From Vibrio vulnificus CMCP6 (GTDB lineage: Bacteria > Pseudomonadota > Gammaproteobacteria > Enterobacterales > Vibrionaceae): a stretch of 32,000 nucleotides of DNA. The notes beneath the pieces are model-generated. The model was not told where the DNA came from, ran no database searches, and saw nothing but the letters and a program-made list of their open reading frames with translations. Both the position numbers and the translations under genes were made by a program. Shown here one piece after another: positions 1 to 11,362 of the stretch; position 1 is the first letter of the stretch, and every line of letters begins with the position of its first letter. Where the stretch lies: the NCBI RefSeq assembly GCF_000039765.1, contig NC_004459.3, positions 1,969,126 through 2,001,125 of the forward strand, given 5' to 3'.

Positions 1-2379
1 CGCTGGTGCTGAGTTTGGCGATTGCACATACAGCACGATTCCGGGGTGTTTGTTTAATGGCATGTTGCCGGTTCCCACCATGTAACCAAGTTGCTGTTTA
101 GTGCGAATTTCATGGAAAAAGGTTGCAGACATCAAGTGATTTGCCAAAGAGTAAAGTGCAATGCTGTGAGGTGAGGTGTCTTCACATTGATGATAAATCA
201 CCACCGCAGAGTCCTGTTGGCCACATTCCACTTCTCGTTGGAAGCTGCCATTTGCACCAAGCATAATCAGTGGACGTAAGGCTTCTTCGTAGCGCTGCTC
301 TTTCACTCTCAAGGCGTTTTTCAGTGTCGTGGCCATATCATGCGCTTGTTGGCGCTGCCAATCGCCGTAGACAAACATCTCCACATGCAGCTCAGCGAGA
401 ATGGCATCGACGAACTCGGCCAACTCTTCCACTTCAATCTCTTGTAAGGCTTCAATGAGTTTGGAAAAGGGAGGGTTGTTTGGCTGTAAAATGCCTGTCA
501 TTGCATTAAATAGTTGAGAAATAGGACGATCTTGCGCCGAATTTCGCCAACTGCGAAGCAATTGTTTTTTGATGTTATCAAATCGAATCGGGCTGAAATC
601 TCGCGTTGCAAAGCGCTTGAGGATCATCTCAAGCAGTTGTGGCAGTTTTTGTGAGAAACCCGAGAGCGTTAGGGTGACGCCACCTTGATGAGCGTACATG
701 TTGTAACCCATTCCAGCGATTTCGGCCTGATAAGTTTCTTTGGCCAACGAGTCGAGGAACATCTCAACGCACAGGCGGGTTTTGACAATATTCTTCGCAG
801 AAGAAACCGCGTGTGGACTGTCTATCGCCACGTAAAGCACCCCTTTAGGTACTTTAAATTCGGTGTCCTGTAGGTGCCAGAGACGGAACCCTTCAAGATC
901 TTCAATCAACTGTGGCAGGGTTTCATCCGCTTCGAGCGGGTTGGGATCCAGTTCGTAACAGATAAATGGGTTGCGCGCTGGAAGCTCAAACCCCCAACCT
1001 GGGTTAATTTGCGCATAGTTTTGTTTTTGCTCGTCGCTAAATGGCGTGACACGGTATGGGGTGAAGTACCATGCCGCTTCTTTGTCTGCCTCAAAGCCTT
1101 TCGCAATCAACGTCACACGCAGATTCTCAACGGTAAAATAGTCAAACAAAGAGCGCAGTAGCGTCTCATCGTACTTCGCCATTTTATAATCGCCATAGAT
1201 GGTGTCTTCCGCAGCGTAATGCTGCATGTTAATCACCAAATGACTGACCATGTCGAGTGGTCGAGAGGGCTCTTGGAAGCGAAACGCAGATTCAAGTACC
1301 GCTTGTTTCTCTTTGTATCGCCACTCTTCAAGCCCTTCTGCTTTGATCAAGCGAATGTACTGGAAGACAGCTTGAATAATCTCATCGGTATGGGCGAGTC
1401 CGTCTTTCGTCAAAGTACAACTTACCGTGAAATCACGGTAATTACTGCCAGCAGCGCCACCGCCCGCAGAGAGGGAGGTCACCCAGTTTTTGTTTTTCAG
1501 TTTGAGCATCAAACTGCCTTCACCCTCATATCCAAGCAGATGGGCAAAGTAGGAAAGCGGTTTGGTTGAGTAGTGATGATCCATGCCTGGCAGCGGGAAT
1601 GTCATAATGAGCTTACGTATCTCTTTGAGCGGCTCAATGTTCACCAAAATGCCAGTGCTGTTTTCATCACTGATGGGGGCCTCTATCGATTTACCCGCTA
1701 AATGGTTGTTGGCGATAGGGCCGAACTTTTCTTCTGTCCACGTTTGCAGCTGATCAAGACTTTGCGGTCCATAGATGGTCAAGGTCATTAAATCGGATGA
1801 ATAATGAGTGCGATAGAAGTCTACGATCTCTTGGCGAATGGAAACGCCACCTCTGTCGTTGAGTGTCTCCAAGTTACCGACGGAAAATTTTGCAAAAGGA
1901 TGATTCGGATTAACCACTTCCTTATTGACTTGGTAGAAGCGTCTTGAGTCGTCGTTCAATTTCAGACGATATTCCGATTCGACCGCTTGGCGCTCTTTAT
2001 CCAGAGCCTCTTCGTTAAACAAAGGCGCGACAAAAAACTGACTAAATCGGTCTAGCGCTTTTTCAAAAACATTGGCGCTGACGTCAAAAAAGAAACAAGT
2101 ATGCTCAGTCCCTGTCCAAGCATTATTGCTGCCGCCATGCTGGTTAATATAGCTTTGAAAATCGCCTACTTTAGGGTATTTTTCCGTCCCCAAAAACAGC
2201 ATGTGTTCAAGATAATGGGCAAGACCTTCTCGTTCGATAGGATCATCAAAATGCCCGACATTGACCGCAAGAGCCGCAGCTGATTTGGTGGCGTCTTCGG
2301 AGCTGATCAGCAAAACTCTCAACTGGTTATCGAGCGTCAAGTAACGATAGTGATGAGTGTCATTTGGACTTAAGTGCAC
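1..2379 (-). CDS. Insulinase/pitrilysin-like M16 family zinc peptidase; C-terminus runs off the left edge of the window
   Basis: Reverse-strand frame is open from a GTG at 2379 to position 1. Translation begins (V/M)HLSPNDTHHYRYLTLDNQLRVLLISSEDATKSAAALAVNVGHFDDPIDREGLAHYLEHMLFLGTEKYP, containing the M16 HxxEH motif (HYLEH) and the HMLFLGTEKYP signature. GGAG lies just upstream of the GTG. Confidence 0.9.
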   Translation of the reverse strand, partial: MHLSPNDTHHYRYLTLDNQLRVLLISSEDATKSAAALAVNVGHFDDPIEREGLAHYLEHMLFLGTEKYPKVGDFQSYINQHGGSNNAWTGTEHTCFFFDVSANVFEKALDRFSQFFVAPLFNEEALDKERQAVESEYRLKLNDDSRRFYQVNKEVVNPNHPFAKFSVGNLETLNDRGGVSIRQEIVDFYRTHYSSDLMTLTIYGPQSLDQLQTWTEEKFGPIANNHLAGKSIEAPISDENSTGILVNIEPLKEIRKLIMTFPLPGMDHHYSTKPLSYFAHLLGYEGEGSLMLKLKNKNWVTSLSAGGGAAGSNYRDFTVSCTLTKDGLAHTDEIIQAVFQYIRLIKAEGLEEWRYKEKQAVLESAFRFQEPSRPLDMVSHLVINMQHYAAEDTIYGDYKMAKYDETLLRSLFDYFTVENLRVTLIAKGFEADKEAAWYFTPYRVTPFSDEQKQNYAQINPGWGFELPARNPFICYELDPNPLEADETLPQLIEDLEGFRLWHLQDTEFKVPKGVLYVAIDSPHAVSSAKNIVKTRLCVEMFLDSLAKETYQAEIAGMGYNMYAHQGGVTLTLSGFSQKLPQLLEMILKRFATRDFSPIRFDNIKKQLLRSWRNSAQDRPISQLFNAMTGILQPNNPPFSKLIEALQEIEVEELAEFVDAILAELHVEMFVYGDWQRQQAHDMATTLKNALRVKEQRYEEALRPLIMLGANGSFQREVECGQQDSAVVIYHQCEDTSPHSIALYSLANHLMSATFFHEIRTKQQLGYMVGTGNMPLNKHPGIVLYVQSPNSAPA

Positions 2380-2695
2380 GTTGCGTCTCCGAAAATGTCA
2401 ATATTGTTATTATGAACCTGAAAAGAGCGGGTGCAAATTCTCCGTGGTATTTCCATGGCGAATATTGAGATTGATAACGCTTTGCGTACCTCTCTTTAAC
2501 AGATTGTTAAGAAAGTCGAAGTCTTTAGCAAGTGAATTGATATAATTGTCGCGGCTGAGTCGAATAAGATCATCAAATAAATACTCGTCATTGTGCTGTG
2601 ATGGCAGCGCAAAGCGGATCGAAAAATGCAAAGAAGAATGCAAGCGCCTAAACGCGTCAAATGATAATGATCCGAATTGAGTCCAAGGATATTAC

Positions 2696-3160
2696 ATGAA
2701 AGTACTAATTATGCGTCACGGTGAAGCGGAACATTTCGCCGACAGTGATGCACAACGAGCCTTAACCACTCGTGGTCGTCTAGAATCGGATACCGTAGCG
2801 AAAGCTTGTGCCGAACATGGCATCACACATTTTGATAAGGTTCTTGTTAGCCCTTACCTTCGAGCGCAACAAACTTGGCAAGAAATCAGTGGTTATTTTC
2901 AAGCCGACGCAGTGGAAACCTGTGAAGACATCACCCCTTATGGGCAGTCTGAGCAAGTTTATGATTACCTGTGCGCGCTGATTGAAGTCGAGCAGCCAGA
3001 GCAGATTCTGCTGGTTTCACATCTTCCTTTGGTGGGCTATTTGACGGCGGAATTTGTCAAAGACATGTCTGCGCCGATGTTCCCGACATCCGGCATGGTG
3101 TGTGTGGAGTTTGAACCGAGCCAGCATCGTGGCGAAATCCGTTTTAGTTTAAGACCGTAG
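2696..3160 (+). CDS. sixA: Phosphohistidine phosphatase SixA
   Basis: 154 aa, N-terminal MKVLIMRHGEAEHF (RHG histidine phosphatase motif), length and sequence typical of SixA; adjacent to smrB as in enterobacteria. Confidence 0.93.
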   Translation: MKVLIMRHGEAEHFADSDAQRALTTRGRLESDTVAKACAEHGITHFDKVLVSPYLRAQQTWQEISGYFQADAVETCEDITPYGQSEQVYDYLCALIEVEQPEQILLVSHLPLVGYLTAEFVKDMSAPMFPTSGMVCVEFEPSQHRGEIRFSLRP

Positions 3161-3242
3161 TTAGAGCCCAATAGTGGTTAGAGCACGATAACGGAAAGAA
3201 GGACGCTGCAGGAGATAGTCACCTGCAGACGTGAGAGCGGTT

Positions 3243-3773
3243 TTATTTCTCAGGGATTGAGAGCAGAACAAGCAGAGCGCCATCTCCGCCAAATTCAAGT
3301 GGTGCTTGGTGGAAAGCCAGCACATCAGGATGCTGCGCGAGCCACCGTGGCGTTTTTTGCTTGAGAATGTGCTTCCCGATACCGTGCTGCACGCAGGCAC
3401 AATGTACTTCATTTTTCACACAGTAAGCGATCATTGCGCCAAGTTCACGCTTCGCTTCTTGTTGTGTCATCCCGTGCATATCAAGAAACACATCGGGAAC
3501 ATACACCCCGCGTCGCAGGCGTTTGACTTCATAGGTGGATACGTCGTCACGTGCGTAACGGGTCGGCCCTTCTTCGTTTAAAAGAGGAACAAACTCGTCT
3601 GAGAAATAGAATTCAGAGTCACTGGCTTCACGGCTAATACGCTTGATTTCTTTTTGTTTAGTATTTCTGTTTGGTTGCTGGACTATGGTATCCTGAGGCA
3701 ACTTTTTTATGCCCTGTACTGCTTCCCGGAATAATGAGAAATCGTCGTCAAGGTCGTTGTCTTTGTTACTCAT
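3243..3773 (-). CDS. smrB: Smr-domain endonuclease SmrB (YfcN family)
   Basis: 176 aa with Smr-domain motifs LDMHGMTQQEAKRELGAMI and HGIGKHILKQKTPRWLAQHPDVLAFHQAP; divergent from prmB. Confidence 0.93.
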   Translation of the reverse strand: MSNKDNDLDDDFSLFREAVQGIKKLPQDTIVQQPNRNTKQKEIKRISREASDSEFYFSDEFVPLLNEEGPTRYARDDVSTYEVKRLRRGVYVPDVFLDMHGMTQQEAKRELGAMIAYCVKNEVHCACVQHGIGKHILKQKTPRWLAQHPDVLAFHQAPLEFGGDGALLVLLSIPEK

Positions 3774-3832
3774 GGGTTTAACACTAAATATTTACATCAT
3801 TGGCAGTATTGTAGCGCTTTTCGGAGGCAATT

Positions 3833-4765
3833 TTGGATAAGATTTTTGTAGAAGAGGCCGTTTCTGAGCTTCATTCTCTTCAAGATATGATTCGTTGGAC
3901 AGTGAGCCGCTTTAATGCCGCCAATTTGTTTTACGGTCACGGCACTGATAATGCTTGGGATGAAGCGGTTCAGCTAATCCTTCCTACGCTCTATTTACCG
4001 ATTGATGTGCCTCCGCATGTATTGAACTCACGTTTGACCAGTAGCGAGCGTTTACGCATTGTTGAGCGTGTGGTTAAGCGTATCAACGAACGTACGCCAA
4101 CCGCTTACCTGACCAACAAAGCTTGGTTCTGTGGTTTAGAGTTCTTCGTTGATGAGCGCGTACTTGTGCCACGTTCGCCAATTGGTGAACTTATCCAAGC
4201 GCAATTTGAACCATGGTTAATCGAAGAGCCAGTGCGCATTATGGATCTGTGTACGGGCAGTGGCTGTATTGCAATTGCCTGTGCTCATGCTTTCCCTGAA
4301 GCTGAAGTGGATGCCATTGATATCTCGGTGGATGCACTCGCGGTAGCCGAGCAAAACATTCAAGACCACGGCATGGAGCAGCAAGTTTTCCCTATTCGTT
4401 CCGATCTATTCCGTGATTTGCCAAAAGAGCAATACAACATCATCGTGACCAATCCACCATACGTGGATGAAGAAGACATGAATAGCCTACCAACTGAGTT
4501 CACTCATGAGCCTGCATTAGGTCTTGCCGCTGGAACGGATGGCCTTAAACTCGTGCGCCGTATTTTGGCGAATGCACCGGATTACCTAACAGAGAAAGGT
4601 ATTTTGGTCTGTGAGGTGGGCAACTCAATGGTACACATGATGGAGCAATATCCGCATATTCCATTCACTTGGCTTGAGTTTGAAAACGGTGGCCACGGCG
4701 TCTTCTTGCTAACGCGCGAGCAGTTGTTGGCGTGTGCTGAGGATTTCCGTCTATACAAAGACTAA
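3833..4765 (+). CDS. prmB: 50S ribosomal protein L3 N(5)-glutamine methyltransferase PrmB; TTG start
   Basis: 310 aa, SAM-binding [15 protein letters not shown] and the catalytic [10 protein letters not shown] motif; TTG start preceded by CGGAGG; located directly before aroC. Confidence 0.95.
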   Translation: MDKIFVEEAVSELHSLQDMIRWTVSRFNAANLFYGHGTDNAWDEAVQLILPTLYLPIDVPPHVLNSRLTSSERLRIVERVVKRINERTPTAYLTNKAWFCGLEFFVDERVLVPRSPIGELIQAQFEPWLIEEPVRIMDLCTGSGCIAIACAHAFPEAEVDAIDISVDALAVAEQNIQDHGMEQQVFPIRSDLFRDLPKEQYNIIVTNPPYVDEEDMNSLPTEFTHEPALGLAAGTDGLKLVRRILANAPDYLTEKGILVCEVGNSMVHMMEQYPHIPFTWLEFENGGHGVFLLTREQLLACAEDFRLYKD

Positions 4766-4795
4766 GCATTAACCCCTTTGCTGACACTTTTTGAG

Positions 4796-4834
4796 AAAAC
4801 GCCCGCTTTAATGATTTAAGCGGGCGTTTTTTTT
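4796..4834 (+). terminator. Rho-independent terminator after prmB
   Basis: Inverted repeat aaaacgcccgctt...aagcgggcgtttt followed by a T-run. Confidence 0.9.
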
Positions 4835-4964
4835 CGAGATGACCGAAAAAGACAAAATTGATCGTTTTAGGGGTTTACATCAAAACACAATAGCGCCACT
4901 ATGAAATCACGAAGAATTGAAATGTATAGCCTGGTTTACAGCGCTAACAATATTTGAGGAAGTA

Positions 4965-6050
4965 ATGGCAGGAAACAGTATCGGACAACATTTCCGAGTA
5001 ACCACGTTCGGAGAAAGTCACGGTATCGCACTGGGATGTATTGTGGATGGATGTCCTCCAGGGCTTGAAATTAGTGAAGCAGATCTGCAGACCGATCTGG
5101 ATCGCCGACGCCCAGGTACATCACGTTACACCACCCAACGCCGCGAGCCGGATGAAGTGAAAATTCTTTCAGGGGTGTTTGAAGGGAAAACAACAGGCAC
5201 ATCGATTGGTTTGTTGATTGAAAATACCGACCAACGCTCGAAAGATTACTCAGACATCAAAGATAAATTTCGTCCGGGTCATGCTGATTACACTTATCAC
5301 CAAAAATATGGGATTCGTGATTACCGCGGTGGTGGTCGTTCTTCGGCACGCGAAACCGCCATGCGAGTGGCTGCTGGAGCGATTGCGAAGAAATACCTCA
5401 AGCAAGCATTTGGTGTTGAGATCCGCGCTTATCTTTCACAAATGGGCGACGTTGCGATTGATAAAGTGGATTGGAACGAAATTGAGAACAACCCATTTTT
5501 CTGCCCTGACGTCGACAAAGTTGAGGCTTTTGATCAACTGATCCGAGACTTGAAAAAAGAAGGCGATTCGATCGGTGCCAAGATTCAAGTGGTGGCGACG
5601 AATGTTCCTGTTGGTTTAGGTGAGCCCGTGTTTGACCGTCTTGATGCGGATATTGCTCATGCTTTGATGAGCATTAATGCGGTGAAAGGCGTGGAGATTG
5701 GTGATGGCTTTGATGTCGTGAGCCAAAAAGGCAGTCAGCACCGTGACACGCTTTCTCCTCAGGGTTTTGGCAGTAACCATGCTGGTGGTATCTTAGGTGG
5801 TATCTCAACCGGACAAGACATCGTTGCCAATATTGCGTTAAAACCAACCTCAAGCATTACCGTGCCAGGGGACACCATCAATGTGGATGGTGAATCTACA
5901 CAGCTCATTACCAAAGGTCGTCACGATCCTTGTGTTGGCATTCGCGCTGTGCCCATCGCTGAAGCCATGTTGGCGATTGTGGTAATGGACCACTTACTGC
6001 GTCATCGTGGACAAAATCATGGCGTCAGCACGCAAACGCCAAAAATCTAG
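4965..6050 (+). CDS. aroC: Chorismate synthase AroC
   Basis: [33 protein letters not shown] is the canonical N-terminus. The tracked ORF starts upstream at 4917, but ATG 4965 is preceded by TTGAGGAAGT and gives the usual 361 aa. Confidence 0.98.
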   Translation: MAGNSIGQHFRVTTFGESHGIALGCIVDGCPPGLEISEADLQTDLDRRRPGTSRYTTQRREPDEVKILSGVFEGKTTGTSIGLLIENTDQRSKDYSDIKDKFRPGHADYTYHQKYGIRDYRGGGRSSARETAMRVAAGAIAKKYLKQAFGVEIRAYLSQMGDVAIDKVDWNEIENNPFFCPDVDKVEAFDQLIRDLKKEGDSIGAKIQVVATNVPVGLGEPVFDRLDADIAHALMSINAVKGVEIGDGFDVVSQKGSQHRDTLSPQGFGSNHAGGILGGISTGQDIVANIALKPTSSITVPGDTINVDGESTQLITKGRHDPCVGIRAVPIAEAMLAIVVMDHLLRHRGQNHGVSTQTPKI

Positions 6051-6081
6051 TTCTCTAGTTTAAAGTCATTGAAATATAAAC

Positions 6082-6113
6082 AAAAAGGGTGACCATCAGG
6101 GCCACCCTTTTTA
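6082..6113. terminator. Terminator between convergent aroC and the TRIC-family gene, possibly bidirectional
   Basis: aaaagggtg...caccctttt inverted repeat flanked by A-run and T-run. Confidence 0.8.
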
Positions 6114-6139
6114 TATGGGTTAATATGAGATTTCGTGTC

Positions 6140-6763
6140 TTAATGCACGGCTTCTTCAGAGTCCAAGTGGAATGACGGTAAGCGCCATTTAAATCGGACT
6201 GCCGCCATGCGCAGCACATAACCTACCACGAGTGTGACGATAGTGGCCGTGACGTCTGGGATTTCAAATGCCAACAATGTCAGGTAAAGACCCGATGCCA
6301 AAAGCGCAATGGACGCGTAAAGCTCTTCATGCAATACCAATGGTGTTTGACGACAGATGAGGTCGCGCAGTAAACCACCAAAAACACCAGTCACTAGAGC
6401 TGAAACCATACAAATGCCCGGATGTAAGCCCATCTGCAGCGCAATTTTAGTACCAATAATGCTAAATACGATGAGGCCGAGGGCATCAAGGCGGATAAAC
6501 AAGCCTTTGAGTTTGATCACCCACTTGGCAAGCCCCGTTGTTAAGATGCCCGCCACACAAGTGATAGCAAGAAACTCTGGATTTTTTACCCAACCAAGTG
6601 GGTAGTGTCCTAGTAGGATGTCTCGTACCGTACCACCGCCAATGGCTGTTGCACTGGCCACCAACATTACACCAAACCAATCCATTTTTCTGCGTCCGGC
6701 GCTTAGCGCACCTGTCATGGCTTCTGCCGTGATGCCAATGACATACAAAACACTTAACAACAT
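6140..6763 (-). CDS. Trimeric intracellular cation channel (TRIC/UPF0126) family membrane protein, YicG-like
   Basis: MLLSVLYVIGITAEAMTGALSAGRRKMDWFGVMLVASATAIGGGTVRDILLGHYPLGWVKNP is the UPF0126/YicG signature. An alternative GTG start at 6784 gives 214 aa. Confidence 0.9.
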   Translation of the reverse strand: MLLSVLYVIGITAEAMTGALSAGRRKMDWFGVMLVASATAIGGGTVRDILLGHYPLGWVKNPEFLAITCVAGILTTGLAKWVIKLKGLFIRLDALGLIVFSIIGTKIALQMGLHPGICMVSALVTGVFGGLLRDLICRQTPLVLHEELYASIALLASGLYLTLLAFEIPDVTATIVTLVVGYVLRMAAVRFKWRLPSFHLDSEEAVH

Positions 6764-7000
6764 GTTGAAACGCTCTAGTAACACTTCCTTTGCGTCATAT
6801 ATACAAAGGGTGGAATAACAAATAAGGCGTGAGTTTAGTCACAAATGATTGGGTTGACGAATGAGAAATAGTAGGGGAAAGCACGCTTTCAAATAAGGTG
6901 AGCTAATTCAAATTGCGCAGTGTTTTGGAACAATCGTTTACCTCATTCTAAAAAAGAGCGACAATGCGCAGCGCAAGTCAAAAGAAGTACAGATCGAACC

Positions 7001-7531
7001 ATGAGTCACCATTATCAAGACCTCATCACCATTTTTAATCAGACCTTTTCTGAGTCATTCAACACCAAGTTAGAGTTGGGTGGCGATGAGCCAATTTATT
7101 TACCCGCGGATACCTCAGTTCCCAATCATCGAATTATTTTTGCTCGTGGTTTTTATGCCTCTGCATTACACGAAATAGCCCATTGGTGCGTGGCTGGACC
7201 AGAGCGCCGACTCCTCGAAGACTTTGGTTATTGGTATGAACCCGATGGAAGAACGGCTGAGGTGCAAGCTGAGTTTGAAAAAGTTGAAATTCGCCCACAA
7301 GCGTACGAATGGATTTTGGCACTCAGTGCAGGCTTTCCTTTTAATGTAAGTTGTGACAACCTACACGGCGATTTCGAGCCTGACCGTTTGGGCTTTATGC
7401 AGAAAGTGCATCAGGAAGTCATGTCGATATTTGAGACGGGGTTCCCCCCTCGAGTGCAGATGCTTTCCGACGCATTGCGGAATTTTTATCAAGTAAAACC
7501 CTTAGAAGTAGGCGATTTCATCGTTAAGTAA
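7001..7531 (+). CDS. epmC: Elongation factor P hydroxylase EpmC (YfcM)
   Basis: MSHHYQDLITIFNQTFSESFNTKLELGGDEPIYLPAD...LHEIAHWCVAGPERR matches the YfcM family. The tracked ORF starts at 6920, but ATG 7001 is the probable start. Confidence 0.92.
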   Translation: MSHHYQDLITIFNQTFSESFNTKLELGGDEPIYLPADTSVPNHRIIFARGFYASALHEIAHWCVAGPERRLLEDFGYWYEPDGRTAEVQAEFEKVEIRPQAYEWILALSAGFPFNVSCDNLHGDFEPDRLGFMQKVHQEVMSIFETGFPPRVQMLSDALRNFYQVKPLEVGDFIVK

Positions 7532-7545
7532 CCACGAGATTATCC

Positions 7546-7809
7546 ATGATTATTGAATTTGAAGAAAAACTGTTGGAACTGATTGATGCACGTATTGAAA
7601 CGGCATCAGAAGATGAACTGTTTGCAGGTGGTTATTTACGTGGCCATATTTCGCTCTCTGCTGCGTCTTGCGAAGAAGATGGCGTAAACGATGTGACGGA
7701 GCTGAAATCGCGCATTGAGCAGAGTTTAGAGAATGCTCGCTCAGAACTTGCGCCAGCAGATCGCATCATCGTCAGCGACTTGTGGCAAGAGCTCCAAGCG
7801 CAAGCTTAA
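7546..7809 (+). CDS. YfcL family protein
   Basis: 87 aa acidic protein directly downstream of epmC, the position and size of YfcL; MIIEFEEKLLELIDARIETASEDELFAGGYLRGHISL. Confidence 0.85.
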   Translation: MIIEFEEKLLELIDARIETASEDELFAGGYLRGHISLSAASCEEDGVNDVTELKSRIEQSLENARSELAPADRIIVSDLWQELQAQA

Positions 7810-7822
7810 CCTCTGTTTCAAT

Positions 7823-7855
7823 AAAAACGCCTCGTCAATACAACGAGGCGTTTTT
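7823..7855. terminator. Bidirectional terminator between convergent yfcL and mnmC
   Basis: aaaaacgcctcg tcaatacaa cgaggcgttttt; A-run and T-run on opposite sides. Confidence 0.9.
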
Positions 7856-7874
7856 GTTTGTGCGTATCTTCAAC

Positions 7875-9893
7875 TTACAGCTCGGTAATGGCTTTGCCTT
7901 TGCGCAGTTTTCTTACCCACATGCGGCTTGGGTGTAACTCTTCAAGCACGTCAACAGGCAAAGGCAGCGGGTCGTTACAGATTTGCGAGGCGAGCAACTC
8001 AGCCATCAGTGGGGCAGAGCTCAAGCCACGAGAGCCAAGACCAAGGAGGCAGAATAAGTTCGGAAACTGAGAAATTACCTCAATCTCTTCTGCTTGAGTG
8101 TGCGGCAAATCGGCGTATTGACGCTTAATGGCTGAGAAGTCGCCGACATTGCCAACAAACGGCAGATGATCTCGGCTCACACAGCGGATCCCTTGGCGAG
8201 ATAAATTGCCAGATGTATCCACTTCTTTTGCCCACGCTTGGTTTGGGACACATTGCGTCAGTCTCTCGGCATTCTCTTGTTGCGCATTGACATCAAACTC
8301 AGTATCCAAATGGCGGCGATCGTAACTTGCGCCAATGCAAAGATGCTGATTGTTTGGGTTGACGGGAGTCATGTAGCCGTCGTAACACAGCACACTTTTG
8401 AGCTTAGAAAGCGTCTCAGTAGCAGGGACATGGCTGACTTGACCTTTGACTTGGCCAAGCGGAATGTCAGCGGTTTGGCTGAAGGTTTGGAACTCATGAC
8501 CATTGGCAATAACCACAGCGCTATAAGTATCGTGTTGGCCCTGAGTATGGACTTGCCATTGCTGTGACCTTTCGTCCCAGATGAGTTGTTCAACACTCTG
8601 CTCAAATTTGGCCGTGAAGTTGTCGAGGGTGCCCAATTGCGTAAAGAGGGCTTGGGTTAGCTCTGCCGGGCATAGCCAGCCGCCAAGTGGATAATGAACC
8701 GATGCCATGTCGATCGGCAAACCAATTTTTGCTGCGGTTTCTCCTACGGAGAGCTTTTGAATCAACTCGGGTGCAAAGTTCCCAGAGAGCATCTTGTCCA
8801 ACTTGTTGGTTGATTTTTCATCCCACATCAACTGGGTCACGCCACACCAATCATGATCGAAGGTGAGCGCTTGTGCGGCTTGCTCTACAAACTGGCGAGC
8901 AAACAAAAACGCGGGGGCAAATACGCGTGAAACGCCATCATGATTGCCATTGAGTAAAGGGTAAACTGCGCCTTGTCGGTTACCCGATGCGCCTTCTGCA
9001 GCTTGGGCGTGTTTACAATAGAGGGTTACTTTTTGCCCACGTTGAACCAAGGCTTTTGCGAGGGCTGCGCTGGCAATTCCTCCGCCAATGATGGCAATAG
9101 AATCGAGATGAGATGCAGAGGTGCGATTGAAGTAAGGCGCGTGGCGACTTTGTTGTTGTCTTGTTTCCATGCAGCCTGCGATCATTTCTCGCTTGGTGCC
9201 AAAGCCTTTCACTTTTTTCATGGCAAAGCCCGCTTCAATCAAGCCTCGTCTTACAAAACCCGCAGAGGTAAACGTTGCCACTCGACACTCAGATCTCGCC
9301 AGTTTCGCCATGCCATTGAAAAGATCCTGATTCCACATCTCGGGATTTTTACTTGGAGCAAACCCATCGAGGAACCAAGTGTCGATAATGCCTTCTTCAC
9401 CGTAAGGCACCGAGGGTAGGCAATCTTTAATATCGCCCAGCCACAGATCAAGTGTGACAGCGCCATTGTCCAGCACAATACGATGACATTCTGGAACAGC
9501 AGGTGGATAATGACGATGAAGTTTTTCCGCGAGTTCCGCCAACTCAGGCCAAGCTTGATGCGCTTTGATCAAATCTTGTTTGCTAAGGGGAAACTTTTCA
9601 AAGCTGACAAAATGTAACTCTTTGAGTGTTGCGTCGGGGTTTGCACGGCGAAAGTCATTGAACGCCTGCCAAACCGCGAGGAAATTCAATCCAGTGCCAA
9701 AACCCGTTTCGCCAATCACAAAGCGACGGCGGTCAAATTCTTGCCATCTTTCAGGAATAAGATTTTGTTTAAGAAACACATAGCGTGTTTCTTCTAGGCC
9801 GTTCACATTGGAGAAGTAAACGTCATCAAATTGGTCAGAAACCGGTGTGCCGACTTCATTCCAGCCGAGTTCTGCATGGGTAATGGATGTCAT
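7875..9893 (-). CDS. mnmC: Bifunctional tRNA 5-methylaminomethyl-2-thiouridine biosynthesis protein MnmC (MnmC2 methyltransferase plus MnmC1 FAD oxidase)
   Basis: 672 aa; N-terminal methyltransferase domain ([19 protein letters not shown]) fused to FAD domain ([29 protein letters not shown]). Confidence 0.96.
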   Translation of the reverse strand: MTSITHAELGWNEVGTPVSDQFDDVYFSNVNGLEETRYVFLKQNLIPERWQEFDRRRFVIGETGFGTGLNFLAVWQAFNDFRRANPDATLKELHFVSFEKFPLSKQDLIKAHQAWPELAELAEKLHRHYPPAVPECHRIVLDNGAVTLDLWLGDIKDCLPSVPYGEEGIIDTWFLDGFAPSKNPEMWNQDLFNGMAKLARSECRVATFTSAGFVRRGLIEAGFAMKKVKGFGTKREMIAGCMETRQQQSRHAPYFNRTSASHLDSIAIIGGGIASAALAKALVQRGQKVTLYCKHAQAAEGASGNRQGAVYPLLNGNHDGVSRVFAPAFLFARQFVEQAAQALTFDHDWCGVTQLMWDEKSTNKLDKMLSGNFAPELIQKLSVGETAAKIGLPIDMASVHYPLGGWLCPAELTQALFTQLGTLDNFTAKFEQSVEQLIWDERSQQWQVHTQGQHDTYSAVVIANGHEFQTFSQTADIPLGQVKGQVSHVPATETLSKLKSVLCYDGYMTPVNPNNQHLCIGASYDRRHLDTEFDVNAQQENAERLTQCVPNQAWAKEVDTSGNLSRQGIRCVSRDHLPFVGNVGDFSAIKRQYADLPHTQAEEIEVISQFPNLFCLLGLGSRGLSSAPLMAELLASQICNDPLPLPVDVLEELHPSRMWVRKLRKGKAITEL

Positions 9894-10021
9894 AGTAGGA
9901 TGTAAATCTGTGATGTAGCGCGGTTAGAATAGGGCGATTGTACGAATTTCTGGGAAAGCTGACCACTTTTGTTATGCTTCTTAGTTATTATCTAGCGGAT
10001 TTTGAATTATAGGAATGTCAC

Positions 10022-11233
10022 ATGAAACGAGTCGTAATCACCGGTATGGGTATTGTTTCAAGTATCGGTAACAACGTCGAAGAAGTGCTTGCTTCTCTAA
10101 AAGCAGGTAAATCAGGTATCACTTCGTCTGAGCAATTCAAAGAGAAAGGCCTGCGTTCTCAGGTGTGGGGCGATCTGAAAATTACTCCTGCCGATCATAT
10201 CGATCGCAAACAAATGCGCTTTATGGGCGATGCGGCTGCGTATGCATACCTATCGATGGAACAGGCAATCGCGGATGCGGGCCTGACAGAAGATCAAGTT
10301 TCAAATGACCGTACAGGTATCGTTGCGGGTTCTGGTGGTGCTTCATCACTAAACCAAGCGGCGGCAGTAGACACGCTACGTGAAAAAGGTGTGAAACGTA
10401 TCGGTCCTTACATGGTGCCTCGTACCATGTCATCAACCGTTTCTGCGTGTTTGGCAACACCATTTAAGATTCGCGGTGTGAACTACACCATGAGTTCAGC
10501 GTGTGCGACTTCAGCACACTGTATTGGTCACGCAGCGGAACTTATTCAACTTGGCAAACAAGATATCGTGTTTGCAGGTGGTGGTGAAGAGCTTGATTGG
10601 ACATTGACTATGATGTTCGATGCGATGGGCGCACTGTCAACCAAATACAATGAGACGCCAGAAAAAGCGTCTCGTACTTACGATGCAGACCGTGATGGTT
10701 TCGTTATCTCTGGTGGCGGCGGCATGCTGGTGATCGAAGAGCTTGAGCACGCCTTAGCGCGTGGCGCGAAAATTTACGGTGAGATCGTCGGCTATGGTGC
10801 GACATCGGATGGTTACGACATGGTGGCACCATCCGGTGAAGGCGCTGTGCGTTGTATGAAGATGGCGATGCAAGATGTAGAGAAAATCGACTACATCAAC
10901 ACGCATGGTACTTCAACGCCAGTCGGCGATGTCAAAGAATTGGGTGCGATTCAAGAAGTCTTCGCGGGTAACAGCCCTGCTATTTCAGCAACCAAAGCGA
11001 TGACAGGTCACGCATTGGGTGCCGCAGGTGTTCACGAAGCGATTTACTCAACGCTGATGCTACACCACAACTTTATTGCGCCAAGCATCAATATCGAAAA
11101 CCTAGACGCTGCGGCTGAAGGTCTTGATATTGTGACTGAAATGCGTGAAGCAGAATTGAATACAGTGATGTCGAACAGCTTTGGTTTCGGTGGTACCAAT
11201 GCGACTTTGGTGATTAAGAAATACCAAGGTTAA
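10022..11233 (+). CDS. fabB: 3-oxoacyl-ACP synthase I FabB
   Basis: 403 aa; [17 protein letters not shown]; active site [11 protein letters not shown]; [12 protein letters not shown]; [13 protein letters not shown]; divergent from mnmC as in E. coli. Confidence 0.96.
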   Translation: MKRVVITGMGIVSSIGNNVEEVLASLKAGKSGITSSEQFKEKGLRSQVWGDLKITPADHIDRKQMRFMGDAAAYAYLSMEQAIADAGLTEDQVSNDRTGIVAGSGGASSLNQAAAVDTLREKGVKRIGPYMVPRTMSSTVSACLATPFKIRGVNYTMSSACATSAHCIGHAAELIQLGKQDIVFAGGGEELDWTLTMMFDAMGALSTKYNETPEKASRTYDADRDGFVISGGGGMLVIEELEHALARGAKIYGEIVGYGATSDGYDMVAPSGEGAVRCMKMAMQDVEKIDYINTHGTSTPVGDVKELGAIQEVFAGNSPAISATKAMTGHALGAAGVHEAIYSTLMLHHNFIAPSINIENLDAAAEGLDIVTEMREAELNTVMSNSFGFGGTNATLVIKKYQG

Positions 11234-11362
11234 TGGCAAAGCTCAGCCGTGTTGCATCGCAGCACGGTCACCAGTTTCCAGAGCTTGATCAGTACCACTG
11301 ATCGAACAGACGCAGACTCTGTCCCATGGAGAGCGGGACAGGATCCTTTTGTTCTGGAATTT

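Noticed and set aside
2640-2690. Fur-box-like string (aaatgataatgatccgaatt) upstream of sixA
   Set aside because: Only about one and a half GATAAT hexamers match; not enough to claim a Fur site.
9930-10021. Possible FadR/FabR operator upstream of fabB (gctgaccactttt; gcgattgtacgaattt)
   Set aside because: Only a half-site of the FadR consensus and a weak resemblance to FabR; regulation is plausible biologically but not supported well enough here.
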